From Actinomycetes bacterium (lineage in GTDB: Bacteria; Planctomycetota; Phycisphaerae; JAACET01): a stretch of DNA of 64,000 nt. Position 1 is the first letter of the stretch, and every line of letters starts with the position of its first letter. The stretch spans positions 77,065-141,064 of the forward strand of contig JAUXAG010000004.1 in assembly GCA_030614915.1 (NCBI GenBank), written 5' to 3'. A program made the translations under genes and the position numbers. Under the pieces are notes generated by a model. It did no database searches and was not told the DNA's origin. It saw only the letters and a program-made list of their open reading frames with translations. Positions 9,089 to 21,330 of this stretch are shown in pieces.

Positions 9089-12000
9089 TTAGACCTTGCT
9101 GACGGCATCGGCCAAGGCCTGCTCGGCGGCCTCTTTGGGGACCCGAACTTCGCGGGGCTCGGGTGGCTCGGCGAGGTGCTTTACACTCATGTCCATATAA
9201 GGCTTGAAAGCAGTGCCAGCAGGGATGAGATGTCCCATGATAACATTTTCCTTGAGGCCCCGCAAGGGGTCCTCTCTTCCGGCCAGGGCAGCTTCGGTGA
9301 GCACGCGGGTAGTCTCCTGGAAACTGGCGGCAGAGACAAAAGACTCACTGCGTAAGGAGGCCTTGGTAATACCCAGCAAAAGAGCGGTAGCGGTGGCGGG
9401 CTTGGCCTTGCGTCCCTTGGCCGGCTGATGGTCTTCCTCGGCAAGGGTCTGATTGATCTGGTTCAACTCACTAGTCAAAATGATCTGGTCGGCCTGGAGC
9501 TGACTGTCGCCGGGATCGACAATTCTGACACTTTTGGCTAAGCGCTCATTTTCGAAGCGGAAGTGGAACCTGTCGATCTCAGCTCCGGGCAGGAAGGAGG
9601 AGTCACCGACAGATTCAATTTTGACCTTGCGAAGCATCTGGGCCAAAATGACCTCGGGGTGCTTATCGTTAATCTTGACGTCCTGACTTCGATAGACGTT
9701 CTGTACCTCCCTCAAGAGGTACTGCTGGAGTGCGTCTTCGCCCTGGATTCTCAAGATATCGTGGGGGACACGGGGGCCATCGGTCAGGGCGATTCCGGCC
9801 TCGACGTAGTCACCAGTGTGAACCTGGAGGTGCTTGTTGTGGGCGACGTGGTGCTCCTTTTCCATACCACTGGCCGAGCGAATGATGATGGTCATCTTTC
9901 CGCGTCGTCTGTCGGAACGAATTTCGACATTGCCGGAGATTTCGGCCAAGACGGTAGGGTCCTTTGGCTTTCGGGCTTCAAAGATTTCGGTGACCCGCGG
10001 CAGGCCGCCGGTAATGTCCTGAGTGCCAGCGATATCTCTCGGCTGGCGAGCCAACAAGTGTCCGGGCTCGATCTGCTGTCCCTCCTCGACCTCGATTCGA
10101 GCCTTTGCGGGCAAGTAATGGAAGCTTTGAATCTGGCCTTGCTGGTCCTCAATGATGATCCGTGGATGCTTCTCTCCCTTGTGCTCGACAACGACCATAC
10201 GTCCGGGCACACCCTTGCGGTCGGCTTCAATCCTGACGGTTTCTCCTTCCTCAATGTCCTCAAAACGGACGATGCCTCCGGCCTCGGCCAAGATGGAGAC
10301 ACGGTGTGGGTCCCAGGTGGCCAGGCGAGTGCGAGGTTCAATCTTCTGTCCATCCTTGACCCTCAAATAGGCCCCGTAAGGAACCCCGTAAGACTCGATC
10401 TCACGGTCCTTAGCATCGAGGACGGCGATCTCGCCATTGTGCTTGAGGACGACCAAGACTTTATCGCCTTCCTGATCTTTGGCGGGCATGGGATTGAGGT
10501 CGCCAAACTTGACCGTTCCTTTCCGTGTACTTTGTACCTCGGAAGTAACAAGCTCTCGGCTGGCCACACCGCCGGTATGGAAGGTTCGCATAGTCAACTG
10601 GGTTCCGGGCTCACCGATGGACTGAGCGGCCATGATTCCGACGGCGAGGCCCTCCTCGACGAGCCGGCCGGTGGACAAATCCACGCCGTAACATCTGGCG
10701 CAAACACCAGTGGGAGACTCGCAAGTCAAGGGGGAACGAACGCGAATAGACTCCAAACCCAACTGCTCAATCTGCTCAGCGATGGGTTTGGTAATAATGT
10801 CGTTCTCAGCGACCACGACCTGGTCAGTAACGGGATTGACGATAGTATCGCGGGCCACGCGGCCGACAATGGAAGTTCTTAGTGGGACTTCCAACTCGTC
10901 GCCCTTGTACAAGGCGCTCTTGCTCAATCCGTTAACCGTTCCACAATCCGGCTCGCAGACAACGACGTTTTGAGCGACGTCGGCGAGTTTACGGGTCAGA
11001 TATCCGGAATCGGCAGTCTTCAGGGCGGTGTCGGCCAGACCCTTTCTAGCCCCGTGAGTGGAACTGAAGTAATCGAGGACGGAGAGTCCCTCTCGGAAAT
11101 TGGAGCGAATAGGGGTTTCGATGATCTCTCCGGAAGGCTTGGACATAAGGCCCCTCATCCCGGCCAACTGGCGGATCTGATCGACGGAACCTCTGGCCCC
11201 GGAACCACTCATCAAGTAAATGGGATTGAGATAGGGCTGGCCATCACGAGTGTCGTTTTTCAACTGTTCCATCATGGCGGCGGTAACTTCCTCTCGAGCC
11301 CGTACCCAAACGTCCAAGATCTGATTGTGTCGTTCGCCCTCGGTAATGATTCCGCGGCGAAATCCCTGCTCAATTCTGTCGACCTGCTTCTGGGCCTGGT
11401 CAATAATCTGGGGCTTTTTGGCAGGGACGCTCAAGTCGGTTATGGCGATGCTGAGTCCGGCGCGGGTGCTCCAACAGAAACCGATGTCTTTAATGGAATC
11501 GAGCAGATCAATAGTGGCGGCGCGTCCCAGAGCCCGGTGACAATCACTGACCACGCGACTGACGCCGCTTTGTCCGAGAGGATAATTGTAGAAAGGCATT
11601 CCTTCAGGGAGGATGTCGTTAAAGATGCATCGGCCTACGGTGGTGGTTATCTTTTGGGGATTGGGCTCGGAGCGGTCCTCGAAAACGAGTTCCTGGCCGG
11701 GAGGCAATTGGAGAACAATTTCAGCGTGGATGTCGACCTTTCCCAACTCATAAGCAGTAATGGCCTGGTTAATGGAGGTAAAGAGCTGTCCTTTGCCCCG
11801 GTCGGAAGGATGGGCACAAGTAAGGAAATAGACGCCCAGAATGATGTCCTGACTGGGAGAAACGATGGGCTCTCCGTTGGAAGGTGAAAAGATATTGTAA
11901 ACGGACATCATCAGGACGTGGGCCTCGACCTGGGCCTCGATGCTGAGGGGCAGATGGACGGCCATCTGGTCGCCGTCAAAGTCGGCATTGAAGCCCCTGC

Positions 12001-13345
12001 AGACCAAGGGATGGATTTCAATGGCGTTTCCTTCAATCAAGACGGGCTGAAAGGCCTGGATGCCCATCCGGTGGAGAGTGGGGGCGCGGTTGAGGAGGAC
12101 GGGATGCTGAGTGATGACCTCCTCAAGGATGTCCCAGACCTCCTCGTCCTTGCGTTCGAGCATTTTTTTGGCGGACTTGATGGTGTCAGCCAAACCTCGT
12201 TCCTTGAGTAGACGGATAATGAAGGGCTGGTACAACTCGAGGGCGATTTTTTTGGGCAGGCCACACTCGTAGAGCTTCAACTCTGGTCCGACCACAATGA
12301 CTGAACGGGCAGAGTAATCAACGCGTTTGCCGAGGAGGTTTTCGCGGAAGCGTCCCTGCTTTCCCTTAATCATATCGGCAAGCGATTTGAGGGGCCGATT
12401 GGACGAGCCGACGACGGGCCGACGACAACGACCGTTGTCAAAGAGAGAGTCAACGGCCTGCTGAAGCATGCGCTTTTCGTTGCGAATGATGACCTCAGGG
12501 GCATTGAGGTCCAAAAGTTTCTTGAGCCTGTTGTTGCGGTTAATGATGCGTCGATAAAGGTCGTTCAAGTCACTGGTGGCGAAATTTCCGCTTTCGAGCA
12601 AGACCAAAGGGCGAAGATCCGGGGGGATGACCGGAATTCCCTCGACAACCATCCACTCGGGATGGTTTTCGGAGTTTTTGAGGGCTTGGACGGTGGCCAA
12701 GCGTTTGGTGAGGTCAATAACCCTCTGCTTTGAACCAGTTTTGTCAAGGTCCTGGCGAAGCTGCACAGCAAGGGCGTGCAAGTCCAAGTTGAGCAGGATG
12801 TCGCGGATGGCCTCGGCGCCCATAGCAGCTTTGAAGGTTTCGCCGTACTTATCTACGGCGGCGCGATGGTCCTCCTCGGAGAGGACCTGTTTTAGCTTAA
12901 GGGGGGTATCTCCGGGATCGGTGACTACGTAATCCTGGAAATAGATGATCTTCTCGAGGTCGGAATTTTTCATGCCCAGCAGTGAAGCCAACCTGGAGGG
13001 GGTGGCTTTGAAAAACCATATATGGACGACGGGGGCGGCGAGATTGATGTGGCCCATACGTTTGCGGCGGACTCGCGAATGGGTGACCTTGACACCACAG
13101 CGGTCACAAATGATGCCCTTGTGCTTAGTGCCCTTGAATTTTCCGCAGGCACATTCCCAATCGCGTTCTGGACCGAAGATTCGTTCGCAGAACAAGCCAT
13201 CCTTTTCGGGCCTGTAGGTGCGGTAATTGATGGTTTCGGGCTTTTTTACTTCGCCGAAAGACCAGGCCCGAATGTCAACCGGGCTGGCCAAACGGATACA
13301 CACCGAACCATAATCGTTGATACGGTCGTAAATGGCTTCTACCAT
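9089..13345 (-). CDS. rpoC: RNA polymerase beta' subunit
   Basis: NADFDGD catalytic motif, Zn-binding CxC...Cxx[14 protein letters not shown]. Confidence 0.99.
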   Translation of the reverse strand: MVEAIYDRINDYGSVCIRLASPVDIRAWSFGEVKKPETINYRTYRPEKDGLFCERIFGPERDWECACGKFKGTKHKGIICDRCGVKVTHSRVRRKRMGHINLAAPVVHIWFFKATPSRLASLLGMKNSDLEKIIYFQDYVVTDPGDTPLKLKQVLSEEDHRAAVDKYGETFKAAMGAEAIRDILLNLDLHALAVQLRQDLDKTGSKQRVIDLTKRLATVQALKNSENHPEWMVVEGIPVIPPDLRPLVLLESGNFATSDLNDLYRRIINRNNRLKKLLDLNAPEVIIRNEKRMLQQAVDSLFDNGRCRRPVVGSSNRPLKSLADMIKGKQGRFRENLLGKRVDYSARSVIVVGPELKLYECGLPKKIALELYQPFIIRLLKERGLADTIKSAKKMLERKDEEVWDILEEVITQHPVLLNRAPTLHRMGIQAFQPVLIEGNAIEIHPLVCRGFNADFDGDQMAVHLPLSIEAQVEAHVLMMSVYNIFSPSNGEPIVSPSQDIILGVYFLTCAHPSDRGKGQLFTSINQAITAYELGKVDIHAEIVLQLPPGQELVFEDRSEPNPQKITTTVGRCIFNDILPEGMPFYNYPLGQSGVSRVVSDCHRALGRAATIDLLDSIKDIGFCWSTRAGLSIAITDLSVPAKKPQIIDQAQKQVDRIEQGFRRGIITEGERHNQILDVWVRAREEVTAAMMEQLKNDTRDGQPYLNPIYLMSGSGARGSVDQIRQLAGMRGLMSKPSGEIIETPIRSNFREGLSVLDYFSSTHGARKGLADTALKTADSGYLTRKLADVAQNVVVCEPDCGTVNGLSKSALYKGDELEVPLRTSIVGRVARDTIVNPVTDQVVVAENDIITKPIAEQIEQLGLESIRVRSPLTCESPTGVCARCYGVDLSTGRLVEEGLAVGIMAAQSIGEPGTQLTMRTFHTGGVASRELVTSEVQSTRKGTVKFGDLNPMPAKDQEGDKVLVVLKHNGEIAVLDAKDREIESYGVPYGAYLRVKDGQKIEPRTRLATWDPHRVSILAEAGGIVRFEDIEEGETVRIEADRKGVPGRMVVVEHKGEKHPRIIIEDQQGQIQSFHYLPAKARIEVEEGQQIEPGHLLARQPRDIAGTQDITGGLPRVTEIFEARKPKDPTVLAEISGNVEIRSDRRRGKMTIIIRSASGMEKEHHVAHNKHLQVHTGDYVEAGIALTDGPRVPHDILRIQGEDALQQYLLREVQNVYRSQDVKINDKHPEVILAQMLRKVKIESVGDSSFLPGAEIDRFHFRFENERLAKSVRIVDPGDSQLQADQIILTSELNQINQTLAEEDHQPAKGRKAKPATATALLLGITKASLRSESFVSAASFQETTRVLTEAALAGREDPLRGLKENVIMGHLIPAGTAFKPYMDMSVKHLAEPPEPREVRVPKEAAEQALADAVSKV

Positions 13346-13415
13346 CGCTGGAATTTCCTTTCGCCAAACGGCGGATAAGGGTGCGGGCTGCTCGCGGAGA
13401 TCGAAGAGGGTATTT

Positions 13416-16400
13416 TCAGCTAATCCTCTTCTTCTCCAACTGAATGTTCAGACTCAAGCCTCTGATTTCATTACAAAGGACATCAAAACTAATAGGTGTA
13501 CCAGCTTCTAACGTGTTGGTGCCCTTGACCATGGATTCATATATTTTGGTGCGTCCTTCAACATCGTCGCTCTTGACGGTGAGTAGCTCCTGGAGGAAAT
13601 AAGAAGCGCCGTAGGCTTCGAGACCCCAGACTTCCATTTCTCCGAAGCGTTGGCCACCGGTACGAGCCTTTCCGCCCAGGGGCTGCTGGGTAATCAGAGA
13701 ATAAGGCCCGGTGGAGCGAGCGTGGACCTTGTCGTCGACCAGATGGTGCAACTTCATCATATAGATGTAACCAACCGTAACATTCTGCTCGAAAGGCTCA
13801 CCGGTGCGACCGTCGTAGAGGGTGATCTTTCCGTTGGGGGGGAGTCCGGCTTCGGTGAGGCAGTGACGTACCTCTTCTTCAGTGGCCCCGTCAAAGACAG
13901 GACAAATGGCCTGGAAACCAAGCAGGCTTGCGGCCCAACCGAGGTGGGTTTCGAGGAGCTGTCCAAGATTCATACGACTGGGAACGCCCAAGGGATTGAG
14001 GAGGATGTCTATGGGGGTGCCATCGGCCATGAAGGGCATGTCCTCCTCGGGGCCGATGCGGGCGATGACGCCTTTGTTTCCGTGGCGACCGGCAATTTTA
14101 TCGCCGACGGACAACTGCCGGTTGGTAGCCACATAGACCTTGACCATTTCCAGGACGCCAGCAGGCAATTCATCGCCGCGTTTCATCTGAGCCAAGCGGC
14201 TGTTGCGTTCGGCCCGAATTTCCTCAAGCTGGGGCCATAATTCATTGTAGACGTCCTGGCCGGCCTTCCGCTTGGAGGAGGTGCCCTTGATCCAGTCCAC
14301 GGAAAAGGTGTCAAGCTGCTCAAGGAGGATCTCAAGAGAATCGGATTGGCCGACCTTCTGCCTGGTAGCAGGGTCAACCATGAGCGAACCAGTGGCTGCG
14401 TTGATTTTCTCGCAGGTGTCCCTGAAGAAGTTGACCATGCGGGTATTGTAAGATTCCCGGACGGCTTTCATCTGCCGAGAGTGCTCCTGCTTCTGCTGGT
14501 CGGTCATGTGAGCGCGTCGAGAAAAATGCTTGGCCCCGATGACGATGCCCTCTTCTCCTGCGGGCAACTCCAGAGAGTCATTTTTTACGTCCTCTCCAGC
14601 CCGGCCGAAAATGGCGTGCAAGAGCTTTTCCTCAGGGGAGAGTTCGGTCTTGGACTTGGGAGAAACCTTGCCGACAAGGATATCACCGGGCTTGACGCGG
14701 GTACCGACGCAGACAATGCCGTCTTGGTCCAGGTTGGCCAGGGCCTTTTCGGAAACGTTGGGTATGTCGCGAGTGAACTCTTCGCGTCCGAGTTTGGTTT
14801 CGCGGACTTCGACCTCAAAGTCATCAATATGAATGCTGGTGAAGGTGTCTTGCTTAACCAACTTTTCGGAAACAACAATGGCGTCCTCGAAGTTATATCC
14901 GTCGAAGGTCAAGAAGGCGACGAGGATATTTCTGCCCAAGGCCAATTCGCCGTCAACGGTGGCGGCCCCGTCAGCAATGACCTGACCTTTTTTTACGCGC
15001 TGCCCCTCGATAACGCAGGGCTTTTGGTTGAGGCAGGTTCGTTCATTGAGGCCGACAAACTTGCGGAGGTCGTACTGGTCCGCATCTTCCATGAGGATAG
15101 AGTCGGCATCGACATAGGCTACGCGTCCGGCCTTGGCGGTGCGAATGACCATGCCGGAGTTTTCGGCGACGGCCCGCTCGACACCGGTGGCTACGACGGG
15201 GACTTCACAGGTTAAGAGGGGGACGGCCTGTCGCTGCATGTTAGAGCCCATCAAGGCCCGGTTGGCATCGTCGTGCTCCAGGAAAGGAATCAAGGCGGCG
15301 GAAATGCCGACGGTCTGCTTGGGGGAGACGTCAACGAAGGCCACCTGGTCAGAGTTTATCTGTCCGACCTCGCTGCGAATGCGGGCGATGACCTCTCCGG
15401 GGCGAACACGCTTGTTGGGCACATCCAAGACGTCAGGGGGTGCGAGCATGGTGGCCATTTCTTCGTCGGCTCGCAAATAGCGGATTTCGCCGTTAACTTT
15501 GCCGTTGGAAACTACACGGTAGGGAGTAATCAAAAAGCCATATTCATCAATAGTGGCGTAGAGACTCAAAGAAGCAATCAGTCCGATGTTGGTGCCCTCG
15601 GGGGTTTCGATGGGACAAATGCGTCCATAGTGGGAGATGTGGACGTCGCGGACCTCGAATCCGGCCCTCTTGCGGTTTAGTCCCCCGGGTCCCAGGGCCG
15701 AGAGGCGACGCTCATGATTGAGCTGGCTAAGAGGATTTGTCTGGTCAACGACCTGGGACAACTCGCCGCGGCCGAAGAAGAAGTCAATGGCTGAGGAGAC
15801 GCTCTTGGAATTGACCAGCTCGGAAATGCGACCAAGCTCATCAGGATTTGCCAGACTCATGCGTTCCTGAACGGTTCGGCGGAGCTTTAGAAAACCCTTG
15901 CGGAGTTCCTCGGTGGCTAATTCGTCAATGGTTCTCAGGCGTCGATTGCCGAGGTGGTCAATGTCGTCGACCTGGAAGGCCAAGTCGCCACTGCGAAGCC
16001 CGAGGATGTACTTGAGGCAATTGAGGAAGTCCTCGGCCCGGAGAGTCATCATATCCTCGGGGGTATCCTGCTCAAATTTGCGGTTGATACGGAATCTGCC
16101 GACGCGGCCGAGGCGGTAGCGATTGCTGTCAAAGAATTTGTCCTTCAAAAGCTGCTTGGCCTTTTCGAGCTGAGGAGGATTGCCGGGGCGAATCCTCTGG
16201 TAGATTCTGAGCAGTGCCTCCTCGTGAGTAGTGGTGGGATCCTCGGCCAAAGTGCTGAGCAAGAGAGAATCACTGATGCGGTCGACGACGAGTACTTTTT
16301 TTATGCCGGCCTCGCGGAGCAGGGGAGCGGAATCGCCAATCTGAGTCCCGACCTTGAGAAGGACCTCGTCAGAAGCGGGGTCTACGACGGTCTGGGCGAG

Positions 16401-17093
16401 GTACATGGTGGGCTCAAGGTCATCAATAGTGAGGGTTTTGGTGTCGTAGAACTGGGAAACGATGGCGGAGGAGTCGGCAAAATCAGTACTGAGGGCCCGG
16501 AGGAACATGGTGGCGGGCATCTTGCTGGATTGATCGATGCGGACCATCAGGACGTCTTTTTTGGTGACATTGATCTCAATCCAGGAGCCGCGTTCGGGAA
16601 TAATTCGGCAGGCGTGGAAGAGGCGGTCGCCCTCGGACGAGTCGACGATGAAGTCGACTCCGGGGGAGCGGTGCAACTGGGAGACGATGACCCGCTGAGC
16701 ACCGTTGATGATGAACTCTCCGCCGCCCATCATGACGGGTATTTCACCAAGGTAGATGGGCTCTTCCTTGATGTCGCCGGTATCCTTGCGCAGCAAACGG
16801 CAATGTATGCGCAAGGGCATACCGTAAGTCAGGCGCAAGTCCTGACAGCGTTGGGGCGTGTAGCGAGGTTTGCCCAGCTCGTAATAGCAATACTCAAGAG
16901 ACAACTGCCCGTCGTAGCTTTGGATGGGAAAGATCTCGCGGAGGAGGCCTTCCAAGCCTTGGTGTTTTCTGCGGGTGGGGAGGGTATCGGCCTGCAGAAA
17001 GCGGGCATAAGTGCGGCGCTGGATGTCCACGAGGTCGGGCAGGGGCATGGCGTCGCCGATCTTGGAAAAGTTGCGAACTTGAGTCAGTTGCAT
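13416..17093 (-). CDS. rpoB: RNA polymerase beta subunit
   Basis: [28 protein letters not shown] motifs. Confidence 0.99.
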   Translation of the reverse strand: MQLTQVRNFSKIGDAMPLPDLVDIQRRTYARFLQADTLPTRRKHQGLEGLLREIFPIQSYDGQLSLEYCYYELGKPRYTPQRCQDLRLTYGMPLRIHCRLLRKDTGDIKEEPIYLGEIPVMMGGGEFIINGAQRVIVSQLHRSPGVDFIVDSSEGDRLFHACRIIPERGSWIEINVTKKDVLMVRIDQSSKMPATMFLRALSTDFADSSAIVSQFYDTKTLTIDDLEPTMYLAQTVVDPASDEVLLKVGTQIGDSAPLLREAGIKKVLVVDRISDSLLLSTLAEDPTTTHEEALLRIYQRIRPGNPPQLEKAKQLLKDKFFDSNRYRLGRVGRFRINRKFEQDTPEDMMTLRAEDFLNCLKYILGLRSGDLAFQVDDIDHLGNRRLRTIDELATEELRKGFLKLRRTVQERMSLANPDELGRISELVNSKSVSSAIDFFFGRGELSQVVDQTNPLSQLNHERRLSALGPGGLNRKRAGFEVRDVHISHYGRICPIETPEGTNIGLIASLSLYATIDEYGFLITPYRVVSNGKVNGEIRYLRADEEMATMLAPPDVLDVPNKRVRPGEVIARIRSEVGQINSDQVAFVDVSPKQTVGISAALIPFLEHDDANRALMGSNMQRQAVPLLTCEVPVVATGVERAVAENSGMVIRTAKAGRVAYVDADSILMEDADQYDLRKFVGLNERTCLNQKPCVIEGQRVKKGQVIADGAATVDGELALGRNILVAFLTFDGYNFEDAIVVSEKLVKQDTFTSIHIDDFEVEVRETKLGREEFTRDIPNVSEKALANLDQDGIVCVGTRVKPGDILVGKVSPKSKTELSPEEKLLHAIFGRAGEDVKNDSLELPAGEEGIVIGAKHFSRRAHMTDQQKQEHSRQMKAVRESYNTRMVNFFRDTCEKINAATGSLMVDPATRQKVGQSDSLEILLEQLDTFSVDWIKGTSSKRKAGQDVYNELWPQLEEIRAERNSRLAQMKRGDELPAGVLEMVKVYVATNRQLSVGDKIAGRHGNKGVIARIGPEEDMPFMADGTPIDILLNPLGVPSRMNLGQLLETHLGWAASLLGFQAICPVFDGATEEEVRHCLTEAGLPPNGKITLYDGRTGEPFEQNVTVGYIYMMKLHHLVDDKVHARSTGPYSLITQQPLGGKARTGGQRFGEMEVWGLEAYGASYFLQELLTVKSDDVEGRTKIYESMVKGTNTLEAGTPISFDVLCNEIRGLSLNIQLEKKRIS

Positions 17094-17206
17094 ATGATAA
17101 CTCCCGGCGAAGTAGGAAGAAGAGCTAAACCATTCGGCTTGAGGCTAAATTCTTTCGCCTCTCTTTGTGTCTTCGTCCCTTTGTTGCAGCTCTAGGGCCT
17201 AGAGAA

Positions 17207-17623
17207 CTACTTTATCTCAACCTCTGCACCGCTGGCCTCGAGCTCTTTCTTTAGGGCCTCGGCGTCTTCCTTACTGAGACCTTCCTTAACGGTGGTCGGG
17301 GCCTTCTCGACGAGTTCCTTGGCCTCTTTAAGGCCCAGTCCGCTGGCGGCGCGAGCAACCTTGATGACCTGGATTTTCTTGTCACCAATAGCCTTGAGCA
17401 CAACGTCAAAAGCGGTTTGCTCCTCCTCGACGGGAGCGGCTTCGGCGGCTGCGGGTCCTGCGGCGACGGCAACGGCAGCGGCGGCCGGGGCAATGCCGTG
17501 GACCTCTTCGAGGTAATCACCGAGCTCCTGAGCCTGCAACAAAGACAGATCGACTATCTTGTCGCCAATTTGCTTGATCTTCGTAGACCACTCGCGAGTG
17601 GTTTCTTTTTCTTCTTCAGCCAT
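17207..17623 (-). CDS. rplL: 50S ribosomal protein L7/L12
   Basis: KKIQVIK...[10 protein letters not shown]; Ala-rich hinge; GGAGG before ATG 17623. Confidence 0.97.
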   Translation of the reverse strand: MAEEEKETTREWSTKIKQIGDKIVDLSLLQAQELGDYLEEVHGIAPAAAAVAVAAGPAAAEAAPVEEEQTAFDVVLKAIGDKKIQVIKVARAASGLGLKEAKELVEKAPTTVKEGLSKEDAEALKKELEASGAEVEIK

Positions 17624-17694
17624 TTGTGCACTAACCTCCGTTTCATTTGTCATTGGTCATAGTTTCGACAGGCTCACTACAAGTCAGCTATTAT

Positions 17695-18405
17695 TCATTT
17701 ACCATCGGGTATGTCTTTGGGAGTCCCTTCTTCCTTTGCAGGTCGTGGGGGTTGTGTTGGTTCATCCGAGGCAGAGCTTTCGGGTTTGGGGGTCTCTTCG
17801 GTCTGGACGTTTTGTTCTTCTTCTTTCTCTTTTGTCGCAGGTTCGGGGGGTTGGTCCTGCTGGGCGAGCTTTTCAGTAAGGGTCTTGATGGAACCGGCAA
17901 TTCGACTGCCCAGAAAGCTAAGGGTCGAGGCAATGCGTCCTGCGGGACTGACGATGAGGCCGGCTAGCTGAGCGAGAAGCTCAGACCTGTTGGGCATGGC
18001 TGCGAGTTTGCGGACCTGCTCGGCGGAAAAGAGCCGGCCTTCGAGAAAGGCCCCACGGATGCGAAAGACGTCAACCTTCCTGGACCAATCCACGAGCTCC
18101 CGGGCGATGTCCACCACGGATTCACCGCCATAACAGATGGCGCTGGGGGCATCGAGGAGCTGGGCGGCAGGAGCCAAATCCAACTGGGCCAGGGCCAAGC
18201 GGGCAACAGAATTCTTAACCACGGTCATTTTTATGTTCTTGGAGGTGAGGGAGGCTCGCAACTGATTGGAAACAATGGCATCGAGGCCTATTGGACAAAC
18301 GACTACAAAGGCCTGCAATCCCTGCCAGTTATCAACAAGCTCTTTGACCAAGAGAGTCTTGATGCGGGCTGGGGCCTTGGCTCCGACTGTTGCTTGGGCG
18401 ATCAT
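17695..18405 (-). CDS. rplJ: 50S ribosomal protein L10 with long acidic/Pro-rich C-tail
   Basis: VVKNSVARLA, LAAMPNRSELLAQL motifs; between rplA and rplL. Confidence 0.93.
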   Translation of the reverse strand: MIAQATVGAKAPARIKTLLVKELVDNWQGLQAFVVVCPIGLDAIVSNQLRASLTSKNIKMTVVKNSVARLALAQLDLAPAAQLLDAPSAICYGGESVVDIARELVDWSRKVDVFRIRGAFLEGRLFSAEQVRKLAAMPNRSELLAQLAGLIVSPAGRIASTLSFLGSRIAGSIKTLTEKLAQQDQPPEPATKEKEEEQNVQTEETPKPESSASDEPTQPPRPAKEEGTPKDIPDGK

Positions 18406-18427
18406 TTTTTGTTCCGCTACTATTAAT

Positions 18428-18470
18428 TAGCCACAGATTTCACAGATGAACACAGATTGCAAGAAATACC
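18428..18470 (+). repeat. CACAGAT-type short tandem module
   Basis: TTAGCCACAGATTTCACAGATGAACACAGATT; near-identical copy at ~45304-45336. Confidence 0.7.
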
Positions 18471-18475
18471 ATTTC

Positions 18476-19156
18476 TCATGAAACACTCACGGGAACGGCT
18501 GGGCTCATAGAGCCGGAGAGAACCATCTTCTGAATGAAGGTTCCCTTGGTCGAGCTGGGCCGTAATCTGCGAATGTTCTGCAGAAAAAACTCTATGTTGC
18601 TGACGAGGTCTTCCTCGGGGAAGCTGAGCTTGCCCACGACACTGTGGACATTGCCACCGGCATCGTTGCGGAATTCGACCTTACCGGCGGAATAGTCCTT
18701 GACGGCCTGGACGAAATCGGCGGTGACGGTTCCGGCCTTGGGTGAAGGCATCTTTCCCTGGGGCCCGAGTATGCGGCCGAGGCGAGAGACCTTGCTCATT
18801 AGCTGAGGAACAGCAATGGCGATATCGAAGTCCATCCAACCGTCCTGGACCTTTTTTATGAGCTCGTCGGCGCCGGCCTCAATGGCTCCGGCTTTCTTGG
18901 CCTGCTCAACGACGTCGTCAGGACAAAAGACAATGACCCTCCTGGTCTTTCCGATGCCCTTGGGGAAAGAGAGCGAGCCTCGAATCATCTGGTCGGCCTG
19001 CTTGGGATCGATGCCCAGACGAAGCACGCAGTCAACGGTCTGGTCGAACTTGGTATCGGCAAAGGTTTTGAGCTTGGCGACGGCATCGCGAATGCCGACG
19101 GCCTCGGAAGGACGCTTCTGGTCCAAAGCTCGGTAACGCTTACTCCTGCGGCACAC
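18476..19156 (-). CDS. rplA: 50S ribosomal protein L1
   Basis: KFDQTV...[19 protein letters not shown]. Confidence 0.97.
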   Translation of the reverse strand: MCRRSKRYRALDQKRPSEAVGIRDAVAKLKTFADTKFDQTVDCVLRLGIDPKQADQMIRGSLSFPKGIGKTRRVIVFCPDDVVEQAKKAGAIEAGADELIKKVQDGWMDFDIAIAVPQLMSKVSRLGRILGPQGKMPSPKAGTVTADFVQAVKDYSAGKVEFRNDAGGNVHSVVGKLSFPEEDLVSNIEFFLQNIRRLRPSSTKGTFIQKMVLSGSMSPAVPVSVS

Positions 19157-19186
19157 TGTAATAAGAAACTCCTTTCGAGAAGGCAG

Positions 19187-19612
19187 CTAGTCAACGATCT
19201 CCAGGCCCATGCTGCGAGCGGTTCCGGCAATAATCCTGGCGGCGTGTTCGGGGGTGAAGGCGTTGAGGTCTTTCATTTTGGTCCCGGCGATCTCCTGGAC
19301 CTGGGCATTAGTGACCTGTCCAACGGTTTCCTTTCCGGCAAGACCGGAGCCCTTAGCCAGGCCGGCCGCCTGCTTGAGTAAGACGGCGGCAGGGGGACTC
19401 TTGAGGACAAAAGTAAAGGTCCGGTCGGCGTAGATGGTTATCTCGGCAGGAACGAGCATGCCGTTGTAGTGGCGAGTCTGCTCATTGAACTGCTGAACAA
19501 ACTGGCCGATATTGACACCGTGCTGCCCGAGAGCGGGCCCGATAGGCGGAGCAGGGGTGGCCTGGCCGCCGGGGGCCTGTAATTTAATCTTCGCTGTAAT
19601 TTCCTTGGCCAT
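19187..19612 (-). CDS. rplK: 50S ribosomal protein L11
   Basis: [12 protein letters not shown]...GTARSMG. Confidence 0.98.
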   Translation of the reverse strand: MAKEITAKIKLQAPGGQATPAPPIGPALGQHGVNIGQFVQQFNEQTRHYNGMLVPAEITIYADRTFTFVLKSPPAAVLLKQAAGLAKGSGLAGKETVGQVTNAQVQEIAGTKMKDLNAFTPEHAARIIAGTARSMGLEIVD

Positions 19613-19619
19613 ATGACAT

Positions 19620-19770
19620 CCAAATCAAATATCAAAATGCAAAATGACAAAGCAAAAATCAAACTGTTAAATAGTCCCAGACACCCAGCAAGTTGTTTTG
19701 AACTTTTTGAATTTTGATATATCATCCCCGCCTTCGCGAGGACAAGCTTTGCTATTTACATTTTTGTTTT
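19620..19770. repeat. Inverted A-rich/T-rich 7-mer repeat arms with an embedded 22-bp palindromic insert
   Basis: CAAATCAAATATCAAAATGCAAAATGACAAAGCAAAAATCAAA then TTTTGAACTTTTTGAATTTTGAT...TTTGCTATTTACATTTTTG; CCCCGCCTTCGCGAGGACAAGC at 19726-19747; the A-rich arm recurs at ~43183-43255. Confidence 0.65.
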
Positions 19771-20322
19771 TCATGTTGGTTCTAGTTGCCAGTATTCCAG
19801 CTCCAAGGGAGTGGCCCGGCCGAAAATAGTAACTATAACACGGACGAGGCCCTTGTCGGGCAAGATGTCGTCAACGGTGCCTTCAAAGTTCTCAAAGGGT
19901 CCTTCGCGGATCTTAACCTGATTGCCCTTTTTGAAATCGATGTTCAAGGAGGGTATATCTTCGGGCTTTTCAGCCTGGGTCAACATTTTATCCACATCAC
20001 TGTCGCGCATAGGTGTGGGCTTGCCCAAGGCACCAATGAAATCACCGACGCCGACGGTCTCCTTAATGGTAAACCAAGGCTTTTCTGGTATGCTTCCGTC
20101 CTCTTCGAGGGCCATTTCCACGAAGACATATCCGGGATAGAGCTTGCGTTGCTGGACTCTCTGCTGGCCACCCTTAATACGTTTTATACGTTCGCTGGGA
20201 ACCAGGATTCTGCCGACATAGTCTTCGATCCCTTCGATTTTGACCTTTTTCTCAAGGGTCTCGCGAACGGAGTCCTCTTTGTTCGAGGCAACCCTGAGTA
20301 CCAACCAGCTTTTGTCTGCCAT
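19771..20322 (-). CDS. nusG: Transcription termination/antitermination factor NusG
   Basis: LYPGYVFVEM NGN; KOW GPFENFEG...IFGRATP. Confidence 0.97.
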   Translation of the reverse strand: MADKSWLVLRVASNKEDSVRETLEKKVKIEGIEDYVGRILVPSERIKRIKGGQQRVQQRKLYPGYVFVEMALEEDGSIPEKPWFTIKETVGVGDFIGALGKPTPMRDSDVDKMLTQAEKPEDIPSLNIDFKKGNQVKIREGPFENFEGTVDDILPDKGLVRVIVTIFGRATPLELEYWQLEPT

Positions 20323-20361
20323 AAGGACTTTCCCACGAGCCGGGCTAACGCCCGGACAAGA

Positions 20362-20742
20362 CTAAAACTGCTGGACGCCGAGGAACTTCATCAACCTCAT
20401 GAAAAACAAATCCACCAAGAAGAGGACGAGGCCCATAAGGAGCAAAGTGACAATAACCACCTTGGTGGAACCGATGATTTCCTTTTTGCTGGACCAGGAG
20501 ACTTTTTTCATTTCGCCTTCGGTGGCGATCATGAAATCGGCGGGCCTTTTACTGTTGACCACTCGGAGGAGAACATAGAAACAGGCGAGCATGAGAATCA
20601 AAGGAATAATGGCCCGGAATAAGCGAAGCTCTGAGGGCAATTCACTCCAGGTGTACCAGGCGCCGATGACAACGAGTATGCCTACGCCCCCAACGGTTCC
20701 TAACCTGGTCCAGCGCCCCTGGGTTTTTCTGTAAATCTGCAT
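20362..20742 (-). CDS. secE: Preprotein translocase subunit SecE (3 TM form)
   Basis: EGEMKKVSWSS motif; between tRNA-Trp and nusG. Confidence 0.93.
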   Translation of the reverse strand: MQIYRKTQGRWTRLGTVGGVGILVVIGAWYTWSELPSELRLFRAIIPLILMLACFYVLLRVVNSKRPADFMIATEGEMKKVSWSSKKEIIGSTKVVIVTLLLMGLVLFLVDLFFMRLMKFLGVQQF

Positions 20743-20796
20743 GAGATCCCTAACAGGAAGGCATTATCTGTATTACTTATTCCAAGCGTCAAACAG

Positions 20797-20870
20797 CAGG
20801 CCAGGAGGGATTCGAACCCCCAACCCCCGCGTTTGGAGCGCGGTGCTCTGCCAATTAGAGCTACTGGCCT
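20797..20870 (-). tRNA. tRNA-Trp (CCA)
   Basis: AGGCCAG acceptor, CCGCG-CT CCA AA-CGCGG anticodon arm, GGTTCGAATCC T-loop; CCA end not encoded. Confidence 0.96.
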
Positions 20871-21052
20871 GTCGGGGTCCGAATCGCGTGCCCAAACAAT
20901 AAGGGCGGTTCGGGCAAATCCAACGAGTCATCAGGCATGTTCCTAGGCGTTCTTCCAAACAGCAAAACAGCCGAGCAAGCGAACAGGAGTACTGAGCTCT
21001 CGGGCCCGACGTAGCAGCGACCGGCCCTGGGGTAACGAGACAAGAGTCTGGG

Positions 21053-21217
21053 TTACTTTTTTCGGCTGATCTTGTGAAGGGTCCTCTTTCGCAACCTGGG
21101 ACAATACTTGAGCAAATTCAACTTCTTTGTACCGGCTTTTACCTGGGTTCTGTAATTCAGATCCCCAGTTTCGCTGCATTTCAACCAGAGCCATTCCCTT
21201 GCTGGGCCTTTAGCCAT
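21053..21217 (-). CDS. rpmG: 50S ribosomal protein L33
   Basis: [24 protein letters not shown]...[12 protein letters not shown]. Confidence 0.93.
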   Translation of the reverse strand: MAKGPAREWLWLKCSETGDLNYRTQVKAGTKKLNLLKYCPRLRKRTLHKISRKK

Positions 21218-21330
21218 TTTGGCACCTCTACACAAGCCGGTCTGAAGAACCCAAGAGCTACTGGGCCTAAAAAACTTTCGAGACAATACACGCGGTGATT
21301 ATACATCCAGCCGTAGGTTGTGATTCATGA

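Noticed and set aside
9563-17195. Long plus-strand ORFs (e.g. 439, 305, 289, 413 aa) opposite rpoBC, and similar ones opposite fdhF and tuf
   Set aside because: Antisense shadows of GC-rich conserved genes; no recognisable motifs or RBS.
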